Assembly: GCF_006345805.1 (NCBI RefSeq)
Contig: NC_043010.1
Location: forward strand, 33,046,001 to 33,110,000
DNA length: 64,000 bases
Direction of reading: 5' to 3'
DNA from: Octopus sinensis
Lineage: Eukaryota
Shown in pieces: positions 28,063-39,660 of this stretch. A program made the position numbers and the translations under genes. The notes beneath the pieces were generated by a model. That model was not told where the DNA came from, did no database searches, and worked only from the letters and a program-made list of their open reading frames with translations. Position 1 is the stretch's first letter, and the number at the start of each line of letters is the position of its first letter.

Positions 28063-28068
<6 letters not shown>
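27956..28068. repeat. Near-perfect inverted repeat, 44-bp arms, 25-nt spacer
   Basis: aaaatagtaaaaagtgaaaaaactacagaaggcttgttttaaaa vs ttttaaaacaagccttctgtagttttttcactttttagtatttt (one mismatch). Confidence 0.9.
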
Positions 28069-28093
<25 letters not shown>

Positions 28094-30059
28094 CATAATT
28101 TTTATTTGAGGGAATATTAATCCTAAATTACAGGGAAAAATTCAATTTAGAAATACTAAATCAAATTTCACACAATATAATATATATATATATTAGAAAA
28201 AAACACTTTTTATCAATTCAAAGTGAACAATTAAATTACACCATCTAGTAAATTACATATAATAGAAATATTAAAATTAAAATAACAATAATATACTGAT
28301 GATTAAGTAAATTGCAAAAAAAATAATAAAAGCGTATATATTAGGTAGAATAACGACACGTGTTTCGTGGCTATATTTAAGAAATGATTATAGTAAAAAA
28401 ATTAGTAGTAGTAGTAAAATCATTTCGATATAAATATAGCAGCGTTATATATATGAATATATATATATATATCAAGGCAGTGCCCCAGCATGGTCACAAT
28501 CTAATGACTGAAACAAGTAAAAGATTAAAAGATAAAATATATGCATACACGCACACACACGCACACACACAGTCACACAATCTAATACATGCTCAGCTAC
28601 GAAAAACAGCAAATGAAATAATTAGTTTAAAAGACAATTTCAATAAGTTGTACTAAAATTTCTATTTCTCTGAAGTTTTTTTTACACATTTTAGTCAGTA
28701 TTATCATTAGAGAAATAATAGGTTAGATACATCAATGCTACCTTCTCGGAAAAGAATCTGAAATTTACTTCACCAGAATATAAGCTGTTAAAGCTCGCTA
28801 ACTTAAAATTTGAATTATTGTCACTGTAACTTTCATATTTCTCGGTTAATAGGGAAGGAAATTGTGTGCAATATTAAATTAATTTATGTATGAAGACATG
28901 AAACGTAAGGCTCTTCTCTGCTCTACGCGACAAAATCGCTGGTATATGATAACGTTCCCCGTTATATCATTCTAAATCATTGTCCTGTCACACTGTATCA
29001 CTCGCTTTATCTCACACAGAATAAAACATGAAATTTTCATCAACGAACCGGTCACATAATTTATTCCAGAAATAAAGTAGCAAACCGAACCAAATAGCGA
29101 ACCTTTTCATACACACACACACACAAGCCATCCGGATTTGATTATTTAGTGAGGTCATCAAAGACGCCATAGAACACTAGTATAGCAGTAGGACAATCTT
29201 GAAGAGGGATTCTTATCACTTATTCCTCCTATATATTTCCATTTCATTTTTGGTCAAGGAATCTTGACGTTTTAATGGACCGGGTTGCCGCCCGGTTACA
29301 AATATCGATTGGCACGTGTTCACTTAATTTTAAAATAGTTGGTTAGAAAACTAATACATTCCAGATACTTTTTTGATTCTTTTACAATTAATCTTATGTA
29401 TGTATACCGATGTAGTAGATATAAAAACATAAAATTTATCCATTTTTCCGTAGACTGAAAAAATTATGAAGAGCTTAATCGGTTTTCGACCTTTTTTTTT
29501 TTTTGAGATCTCATCATCAATTCACCAATCGTAGAGAAACAACTAGCCAATCCGTTTATGCACACATCAAATACAATAGCTTCAGATAACTGGAGCTACT
29601 AATCTGCATACAATAAATTTTTAACATTTTATTTAATACCAGATGCCTGTTTTATATATCTCGGTTGATCAATGTCCACACTGAATTCAGTCTTATGACC
29701 CCAGAGTTTTCTTGACTATTTCACACATAGAGCGAAAAGGAGAAACCGGCAATTTTTGTGTATGTGTGTATGTGTGTGTGTGTGTGTGTGTGTCTGTGTG
29801 TCTGTGTGTCTGTGTGTGTGTGTGTGTGTGTGTGTTGTGTGTGTGTGTGTGTGATTAAAAAGTAAAGTTTTCATCCCTTCTTTAAAGTTATTTAAGAACG
29901 GTTACGTAAAAAAGTAAGCTAGCACCTAAATTATCTATTAGCATAAAGCTTCGATTCATTTAAAAATATTATAACCCAGTAGAATTTCTCATGCTTTCAA
30001 TCACCCCCAGGATGGCAAAAGGGTCAGTTTTCTATCTACTTTTCCCAACTTTGAAACAG

Positions 30060-30131
30060 AAAAATATTATCATTCTCAGAAAAGAGAAAAAAAAGACTAA
30101 GCTGAAAATCAAAACCGAAGTGGACTGCAAG
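30060..30131 (+). CDS. Candidate 72-nt phase-0 host exon (KNIIILRKEKKKTKLKIKTEVDCK)
   Basis: Pyrimidine-rich acceptor ...tttcccaactttgaaacag, donor AAG|gtatgt, open frame; could be chance or hAT-derived. Confidence 0.3.
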
Positions 30132-30269
30132 GTATGTCATCGTTATTTTGATTGAAAGTATTTTGAATAGTCTGAGTGAATGATGAGATGACCCCTTCTG
30201 AACAAATTTTTGTGTTTCCCGCGTCTGTTAGTATAAGAACACATTTTCTCAGCTTTGAAGTGATATTGA

Positions 30270-30725
30270 AAAAGAATATCACTTTTAAGTGATATTCAAA
30301 ACGAAATAATTTAATTGTATAGCTGTTACAAGTGAATGTGTAATTAAGCCAATGAACGAAACAAAAAACAGCATTTGTTGATGTTTATGTTTGATGAGAC
30401 TACAGACCTTCGAATGAAATCTTAACTGTCACACGTTTTGTGATTTGCTGATGAGAAAGAAAGGCTTCAAGAAAGGTTTAGGGAATAGGTCGATGTCAGT
30501 AAAGAGAGAAAAGCTGCATCACTGAGAGAAGTTGTACATTGTTATACATAGTCACTTAATTTGGTACTCTCTTAATCAGCTTCAAGAGTTCGTGAATGGC
30601 GAATTTTCTTCCTAACTTTAAAAAGGATTTCGACTTTTTCTCAACGTTGACGACTTGAATAGCCTCTACTGGATGAAATCGTTGAAAGGTTATTTCCAAA
30701 GTTATATGTACGTTTCTGGTGACTT
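30270..30725 (+). pseudogene. Degraded hAT-superfamily transposase
   Basis: SDIQNEII, DETTDL...LSHVL*FADE...QERF..VDVSKERKAASL, HCY..SLNLVLS, LLDEIV..LFPK...RFW. Confidence 0.72.
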
Positions 30726-32268
30726 ATTAGCTACTTCAAAACGGTGCATCGTAGGGGGGGAAACAATTTTCATTTTCAGACTCGCCATATCTAAGAGTAC
30801 CCAAGGGTCTAACAGGTTCACATTTTAGCAGATTCTCCAAGACCAGTAGATTGTTGCTGTTAATGTTGTAGTTGAACTGTTGTATGTTGACAGCTGCCGG
30901 GAAGCTCATCGGCTAGATTATACAGTTATTCGAAGGCCCGGTCTTGTTAAATTTTGTTATCTTGATTCAGCTTCAGAATTACATGAAGAGTTCAGGCATC
31001 TGTGGAATACTCAGCCACTAAAGTATAATTAGTGGTTTTGTTCATCAAACATTATGGAAACCAACGGAGGATATAATAATGTTTTAATGTATTTTGGTGA
31101 ATAATTTATTGATGCATGGTATGATTGGTACGAAGCAATTCGATTGGGAATATACGTGTGTTTGTACATATATAGAAATACATACATGCGCGCGCACACA
31201 CGCACGCACAGACACACATACACACACACACATATAAATACATATATATATATATATACTTACACACACTCGCACACATCAACTCTAAATCAATATGGTG
31301 GTAATGTTATTTTGAGTACATGGCAACAGCAATGAATTTTTCAGTTAATTTTACAGACATGATGTATTGTGTTTTTGCAACAGTAACTATCACACTCTTA
31401 CGTAATAGCACGTCATAAGATCGTTAGAATTAATTAACTCTACGTGGAAATATATTAATAGTCTGTTCTGAATGAACTTGGAGTGACTAGATCCCTCGAG
31501 AGGACTTGCGCGTCTAGCAACAGGATGATTGTGATTTTCGTTCTGGTTCTGCATGGAACCACTTCGTTTTAATTACGCCTACCAATACTTTTAATAAAGA
31601 CAATAACGTCACAACTTAGCATTTCACTAACCCACTCTGCCAGCAATTAGGAACTTCTGTAAGAAACATCAGTTATATCATTAGAAAGAGATTGGTATTG
31701 ATTAGAACAACATCAATCAACGACGATTTTAGCTTCATTGATACCCCTATTTTTTTAGTTGTTCCTATGGCCCTTTACAAGACCTCTCAGACTTGTGGGA
31801 GCGAGTATTCTCAAACTGGAAACAGGGCTTTAATAACAGAATTGCCTTTAATAAATGGACCCAGAAACCAGGTGGAGGTGTTGAAAGGAGCGATGGATTA
31901 AGCCTACCATCTAATGCTTCGTGGAAGAACGTGAAAGCCACAAATTTTCGTTTTCTTCAACACCTTTCGTGACTTTATTACAAACAGTTAAAACGTATCA
32001 CGTAGGTAGAGATAAAAAGATGACATTAAAGGTGTGTCAGATATAGCAAACCACCATAGGGGACAGTTCTAGAATCCCAGAAACTGGTGGTGAAAATCAG
32101 CGTTGGCAAGAATTTATCCGAAGAACATTTAATGGAATGCCGATAAGTTCGGTGGCTGTGAGGAGTGTAATGCTTGTTTCCAACTTTTACAAATAGACAC
32201 ACATACACACAAGCATGCACGCACGCACACACACACGCACGCACACACACACGCACACATACACACTC

Positions 32269-32335
<67 letters not shown>

Positions 32336-32366
32336 ATATATAGACACACACACGTGCGTGTGTGAA

Positions 32367-32692
32367 GGCGCATAGCTCAGAAGTTAGAGCGTCGAGCTCA
32401 TAATCATAAAGTAGTGGGTTCGATTCCCAGACCGGGCTATGTTGTATTCTTGAGCAAGACACTTTATTTCACGTTGCTCCAGTTCACTCAGCTGTGGAAA
32501 TGAATTGTGACGCTACTGGTGTCAAGCTGTATCGACCTTCGCCTTTCCCTTGGATAACATCGTTGGCATGGAGAGAGGAAGCTGGTATACATGGGCGACT
32601 GCTGGTCTTCTATAAACAACCATGCCCGGGCTTGTGCCTCGGAAGGTAACTTTCTAAGTGCAACCCATGGTTATTCGTGACCGAAGGGTGTT
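32367..32692 (+). mobile_element. tRNA-derived SINE with CORE-like domain (family C); anticodon-like CTCATAA loop
   Basis: A-box tagctcagaagttagagcg and B-box ggttcgattcc, then ttcttgagcaagacactttatttcacgttgctccagt. Confidence 0.8.
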
Positions 32693-32714
32693 TTTAATTT
32701 TATTTATATATTTA

Positions 32715-32807
<93 letters not shown>

Positions 32808-34699
32808 TTAGGTAAATATCGAACGATGAAACGAGTGTTCAACACTGCACTGGTGGATATATAATCTCTTTATTTGTGAGTTAAGGCTATCATTGGTTTC
32901 ATGTTAAGAGAAGTAGGAAAATATCCTGGTGTCTTGGCAATTTTTCAAGCCGATTACACGGAGAAAGATGCTCGCCTCCATTTTGAAAAACAGTCTCGCT
33001 TCGTTCACGGGATTTCTCGTAAATTCGCGTAAATAAAACAATGAATCAATGAATCAAGAAACGTTACTCTTCAGTGGCATTCTTTGGATGTTTGTCTCCA
33101 TTGGGTAAATTCTTTTGTGATTAATTTGTTTACATAATTTTGCATTATTTTGCTTTTGTTCTGGGCATGGTGTTCTTGTGTTTATATGTTGAGGTAGTTC
33201 GTCATTGGGGCATATTTTTTCTTTGTGTAAAGTTTGTGTGCTATGTGCGTTCACGTTTAGGAAAGAGGCTATGATAGTTTTGCAGTTCCATGCTGTTGGT
33301 GTCTTTATAAACATCATCAGTGGAAATCTCCATGCATAAAACCTTCCCATACTTATAACTTCTCTCTACATTGTGTGATAAAATTAACGAGTGAGTGGCT
33401 ATATGGTCGCTCTGACTGCTAGAAATATCAGCCTAATATTCTGATCCATTGAAGATTTAATGTAGTCGACCCGTCAGTTCAAAAACTGTCTTCGTGTTAT
33501 CATATAACATTCAACTGTTATCTGAATCACTCAGTACTCGAAGGCTGTCTTAGTGCTACTATATGCCAATTTGATTGTGTATGCGAGACTGCAAAGTGTC
33601 CTGTTTTTTTTTATTATTATTTATGGCTGTATAGAGCGATTTGTGGGAGATTTGGTCGTAATTTCTTGTAGCTCCCACGTTGACTTCTTAAAGTTTGTAT
33701 GAGGGAAGACTGTCTGGCGACTCTAACTTTACTCACATTATCTTTTTATTATATATTTTATATTTTATATATCCCAAGATGTTTGTTATACAGCACTTAC
33801 GTGAAACGGGTAAGATAGAAGGACCATTGATGCGAGTGTTTTCAGTTTATGAAGCAGCTTGGGTTTTTATCAGCTGAAAAACCCTTCTGTTTATCAGCAT
33901 TTTTATATATTTCCAATAAAAGATCTTTCACCAAAGAAATAGTTCTACATTTGTGTTTTCTATGATGTAGATCTTACCACATGAATCACTTGACTTTTGT
34001 TGAAGAAATGGCAGTAGAAAGAATTCTAATAAACAGTCTCCTTGAAAAATTCGAAATGTTTTATAGCAATGATTCATAACCTGGACAACAGTAACTCGTT
34101 CAAGTTATTGAGATCTCACAAGAGAGAAGGGGTAAATATCAAGGGGACATTCTGGGGGAGTTGGATCCCGACTGTTAGAGAGGCGTTGTCATTTTACTTA
34201 GAAATAAAATATTTAAACCAAGTATAATATATATTTTAAATACATTTTTTAAAAAGTAGCACGACTGTCATAAACTTCTTTAGTAATTTCTTTTAAAATT
34301 TAATATAGGGGGCAGTAGTCTAGGTAAGCCTCTAACAACAGATACACGTTAGATAAAATAGTATACGAAAATGTGGATAATAAACAAAATTAACTTCTAT
34401 TCGATTAAAATAATTTGTTGTCGTCTTTCTTCTTGTCGCCTTTTTCGGTAACAGAGATCACGTCACCACAAAGACTTGGAGAACCCCTGTTTTACCCATG
34501 TAGTGATTAACCATATAAGTGAAAGCGTAGTGTTGTCGGTCTTTCAGTTGCAAAGTTGATCACTGTACAGGTGGATGAGCCGCCGTTGGTTTCGACGAGG
34601 AGCATTCAATTATTCGATCAACTGAATTACCTGAATCACTCGGATTTCGCTGCATCCCATTAAAGCGGTTCGATTAACCTGCGATGAACTGAGGCCCGT

Positions 34700-35000
34700 C
34701 TTTTCGCATTATTTTAACTTGTAAATGACACCAGAACGAGCGAAAGAGCATCAGCTGCCTCTTGGTGTTCCCTTCATTGGATATAAAGAGGTCTTCGACT
34801 GCAATAAAGGAGTCTAGGCACAATACATCGATTTCTCAGGGAGATGAATCCCCGATATAGCTCTGCGGTTCGACAGGATAACAAAGTAAAAACATGCCAT
34901 CACTCCAAAGCTCTTCATCGTATGTTTTGAAATGGTCATCAGCGAGATCAACAGTGAACTTGTTTATGGACAAAGATCTAGAGATACGATACTGACGTTA
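34700..35000 (+). pseudogene. RTE-like LINE reverse transcriptase fragment
   Basis: ERAKEHQLPLGVPFIGYKEVFD and ITPKLFIVCFEMV resemble RTE RT motifs. Confidence 0.55.
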
Positions 35001-35442
35001 CCGTAGTTCATCTTTTATCAGGCAAGGCATATATCCAAAGTTAGCGAATAAGAGTTCGTTACGCTACTTTATATCAGAGAATAAGACATGTATCAAGTGT
35101 GGGATACACATGTTTGCCTATCTTTTCTCAAAGAATAAGGCACACTTCCTATATGTAGAAAACACATGCTTCAAATTTTCTTTCACCAGCTACGAAACCA
35201 ATTACACAACAACAAAATACCACAGATGTGATAATTGCAGCAGTTCTATTTAATGCCATGGTAAACACCTTATCACAGAGATAAGCGGCTTCTTATTTTC
35301 GGTTTCTGCTGGTATTTCCGTTCCCACTTTCTTTAGAAAGCGGTATATTTAGATACATACTTACATATAAGCATACATACAGGTATACAAACATACATTC
35401 ATAAAAACAGACAGGCGGATAGATAGACAGACATATATGCAC

Positions 35443-35543
<101 letters not shown>

Positions 35544-35612
35544 GTGACCGCGTGTGTACCGTAGGCGATTTTTTCCTCTGTCTTCTCTTCTCTGGATCTT
35601 TCCTTCTCTTAT

Positions 35613-35647
35613 GTTTCCGACGAAGAGCTCCGCTCGAAACGTTAAAC
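35613..35647 (+). ncRNA. Minimal type I hammerhead ribozyme motif (U4>C variant)
   Basis: GUUU-CCGACGA-A-GAGC(UCC)GCUC-GAAA-CG-UU-AAAC: stem I 4 bp, stem II 4 bp, palindromic ACGU stem III. Confidence 0.65.
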
Positions 35648-35783
35648 CCTCCTTCTTTCCTGAGCGTCCAATAATACTATATTTGTTCCACGTCCTCGCG
35701 TTGTTGTGTTTTTTTTGTGCTTTCTTGTTTGTATTAACTATGTATATATATTCATACATATATATGTATGTATGTGTGTGTGT

Positions 35784-36003
35784 TACTCTTTTACTCTTTT
35801 ACTTGTTTCACTCATTTGACTGTGACCATGCTGGAGCACCGCCTTTAGTCGAGCAAATCGACCCCAGGACTTATTCTTTGGAAGCCTAGTACTTATTCTA
35901 TCGGTCTCTTTTGCCGAACGGCTAAGTTACGGGAACGTAAACACACCACTATCGGTTATCAAGCGATGTTGGGCGACAAACACAGACACACAAACATATA
36001 CAT

Positions 36004-36050
<47 letters not shown>

Positions 36051-36277
36051 TACTACGGGCTTCTTTCAGTTTCTGTCTACCAAATCCACACACAAGGCTT
36101 TGGTCGGCCCGAGGCTATAGTAGAAGACACTTGCCCAAGGTGCCACGCCGTGGGAATGAACCCGGAACCATGTGGTTGGTAAGCAAGCTACTTACCACAC
36201 AGCCACTCCTGCGCCTATGCTACTTACCACACAGCCACTCCTGCGCCTATAGCTACTTACCACACAGCTACTCCTGC
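35784..36277 (-). mobile_element. Full family B SINE with a triplicated ~32-33-bp head
   Basis: Reverse complement of the 20547-20960 family; gctacttaccacacagc(c/t)actcctg occurs three times at 36187-36277. Confidence 0.88.
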
Positions 36278-36292
36278 TAGAAAATTATATAT

Positions 36293-36470
36293 AAAGAAAA
36301 TTACATTGGCGAAACAAGTAATTCCCTCTGCCAACGTGCAAGAATCCACAGGCAACATATCCGACAAGAGGAATTACGGAAGATCCCATTAAGTAAGCAT
36401 CTGGAAATATGCAGCGACGGAAAATTCAAAATTTTTCCCTTTTATAAATGTGCACAGGGCGATCCGCAAT
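36293..36470 (+). pseudogene. Penelope-like GIY-YIG endonuclease fragment
   Basis: KENYIGETSNSLCQRARIHRQHIRQEELRKIPLSKHLEICSDGKFKIFPFYKC, uninterrupted. Confidence 0.75.
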
Positions 36471-36782
36471 ACCGAAAAATTCTCTCTAAAATTGAATGTT
36501 TGAAAGAAAAGCGGAGACAGTACATTTTGTATTCTAAATATAACACAAATATCGAAAACATAATGCTCATCTCTGTAAATATTCAGATGTATATGTGTGG
36601 CATTGAGATGTTCTGAGCTTTGCGTGTTTTTCTTGTTTGTATGTGTTATACTAATGTTCTCTAATGCAAAGACATGAAATTGAAAGAAGTGTGATTTTGT
36701 TTTTCAATGCAAAACATCGAAGTTACAGAGTATAAACATGGACATGTTCCCAAACACACACACACACTCACACACACACACA

Positions 36783-36817
<35 letters not shown>

Positions 36818-36932
36818 TCACACACACACACTTCATCAAGGGATTCTCTCCAAAATTGAATGGTTGAAGGTAAAGCGGAGAATTTGCATTTTCTATTCCA
36901 AATGTGGCTCATCTCTACAAATGTTCGGGTAT

Positions 36933-36987
<55 letters not shown>

Positions 36988-36989
36988 GT

Positions 36990-37066
<77 letters not shown>

Positions 37067-37141
37067 CATTGGGATGTTCTAGATTTTCGTGTGTGTGTGT
37101 GTGTTTGCGTGTGTGTGTGTGTGCGTGTGTGTGTGTACATA

Positions 37142-39349
37142 CAGGGTGTCGCAAACTTAAGGCAACCAACTTTTTCAATTTTGCCAAAGCAAAATATTGA
37201 TATATTTCGGGTCCGAGCGTTGCAACGCAATGGTAAAGAAAACATAATTATGCCACTACCGCATTTATTCGATACTAGCATTAAAGACCCGTCGTTGCCG
37301 GGTCATAGTGCTAGTGCATGTATATATGTGTATATATATGTGTACATATTACATGTACATCTATATATATACATCTACACATAAAATACAAAATACAAAG
37401 TTATATCTTGATATCGCTAGTGATAACAATACTCAAAATATATAACAGACTGGAATTGTTAGCCCGTCTCTTGTAATTTCGATCAATTGTATCTTGTCCT
37501 CCTTCTTGTATAGAAGTGTGGCTACAATCCAGCCTTCCAGCCTACCTCTGCTTCTGGAGGGGGGTCATTTTAAATTTTTTTTCCGGCACGTCCTACGTCC
37601 CAGATATAAAGGTAAAAATAAAATATTTCCACTTTGCAAGTTCGAGTCGAGTACTCCCTTGCACGCTCCGTTGACTCGAACCTTGCTTCTATTGTGGCGA
37701 ATTTACCGCCTCTGATTAGATACCTTTCATAGTCGCACCAAGACACCTTTCGAAGGTGCTTTCCTCCATGTGTTCAAATCTTCTTTTTTCTCTACATTGT
37801 ATACTTTATAGACAATAGTCTTTTCTTTAATTTAATTTTTTATAATATCCATCTGGACTATTCCATTTCTGCACGTTAATTTTATTTTTAATTTATTCCC
37901 ATTCGTGTGAAACCAATTATTCAAGTTCAAATCATTGATGTAATTTTATACCAATTGCTATTTTTACTTTTGTTATGTTACGATTATATTATACTTTAGT
38001 TTGATTTTAATTATTACTTACTACATATAATTCTATTGTTATTATTATTTTTATTGTTAAAGTGAAAGCATCTGACATAAAATAGAGAAACTTTTTGTTT
38101 CACTTTTAACACGTGATATTGAAATTGTGGAGAAGATATGATATTGCTATAGGCTCGCTCTAGACAAGAAGTTGAACATTTGTTTTGCCCATGAAACTAC
38201 ATGGACCCTAAGTAAGGCATGTGTAAAATTTGAATGGAATTGGTTGTGTAGTTCTCAAGTTTTAGGGAACTGTAGTGGAGAAGATATGATATTGCTGTGG
38301 GCTCGCCCTAGGCAAAAAGTTCAAAATTTGTTTTGCCGATAACACTCCCAGGACCCTAAGTAAGGCATGTATAAAATTTGAATGAAATTGGTTGTGTAGT
38401 TCTCAAGTTTTAGGGAAACACACAGACAGACAGACACACATTCTCAGTTTTATATATATAAAGATTACCGCCTCTGTTTCGAATCACAGCCTTAAATCTA
38501 GGTACGAATGCTTTACACGCGGCACGCAGCTGTTCATGCGGAATCTAAGCTCATTGTAGCCACAGTTTTGCCTTCAAAGCGTCGAGCGAAGCATAAGGAG
38601 TGCTCGAGACCCTTGTCTCCAAAATGGACCAAACAGAAAAATCCAACGGGTTGAGATCAGGGCTTCTTGAGGGCCATGCATCCTTGCCTATGAACGACAG
38701 AATGTTTTTCTGAATTCAGTGTTGTGTCTGTTTGGAGCTGTGGGATGCTGCCGTGTTCACCTTGGAAGTGTTCATTTGTCCATGGAAGCAGTTCAGTTTC
38801 TAGAATGTCGCTAATGTATCGCCGAGTGTTTGTTTAACACCCGAGGGTACAAACCTGAGGGAAGACCTTCCAGCAGCTGTCACAGTCGCCCAAACCATAA
38901 CTGAATTTGACGTCGATTTACGAGTCTGCGCTCGACGGAGCCAGTTACACTCCAAAGTCGGTCATTCTGGTGGTTTACTGTCTGTTCGATGTCAAATTTC
39001 TTTTCATCAGTGAACACCAGGTGAGGCTGCATGCCTTCAGCAATCTGACGCAGGATAAGACTTCACTCCAGTCTCGTGGCCTTATAAACATGTGTGAGCT
39101 CTTGACGGCGGATCATTTTCGAGGGGGTGGGTCCTGAGATCCTCCTTCAGCACCCGATACATCGATATTCGGCTTATTTTAGTTATGGTAGGCAGTTTTC
39201 TGACGAAACGACGAGAATTTCGCCGTATCTTTTCTCAGGTACTTTTGGTTTTAGTCGTTATATTGTCTTAGATGTTCATTTAGTCTCTCCGCAATTCTTT
39301 TAGATGTCTCACCTATGTATATTATGTTCTTGTCTTTACAAGCACCCTG
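37142..39349 (-). mobile_element. maT (DD37D-type) Tc1/mariner element, internally deleted and interrupted by a Helitron
   Basis: TA-CAGGGTGTCGCAAA at 37140-37155; degraded ...CACCCTG-TA at 39343-39351. Minus-strand motifs KIRRNSRR..ISMYRVLKEDL, LVFTDEKKFDIEQTVNHQNDRLW, VMVWA, WPSRSPDLNPLDFSVW, AVIRNRGGNIE*. Confidence 0.85.
37275..38464 (-). mobile_element. Non-autonomous Helitron, copy 2
   Basis: Reverse complement of 5127-6303 with the same TC start, GACCCG/CGGGTC hairpin, CTAG end and A|T target. Confidence 0.9.
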
Positions 39350-39351
39350 TA

Positions 39352-39660
39352 TGAAACTCATACTGTAGACTCCATTTCTAGTTCTACAGTTAATACCAGC
39401 GTTAATCTTACATACCATAAAGTTATCATTGGTGCACGTTGTATTCTCAAAAGGTATGTACTACATAGTTGTGATCTGATGGAGTTCCCTATCTTTTCAA
39501 CAAACTTAATGTTGAGTTTGGTCTTCTTCAGAGTTATTCTAAATATACGGGCTAGTTCTCCATGGGCTGTGGCCTCTACAAACATCACTCCTTGAAATTT
39601 TTTCGGTCTTGCTGAATGGAAAATCACCTGAGGGTGGAGGGATACCTGATAGTAGGCCAC
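39352..39660 (-). pseudogene. Penelope-like RT-to-GIY-YIG linker fragment
   Basis: GVMFVEATAHGELARIF...LNIKFVEKIGNSIRSQL, then a Cys-rich C..VC....CRTRNGVY segment in another frame. Confidence 0.55.

Noticed and set aside
32367-32440. Apparent tRNA-Met gene
   Set aside because: No acceptor-stem 3' half; it continues into a SINE body
33054-33350. 98-aa non-repetitive minus-strand ORF
   Set aside because: No splice signals or recognisable motif; opposite strand to the best exon
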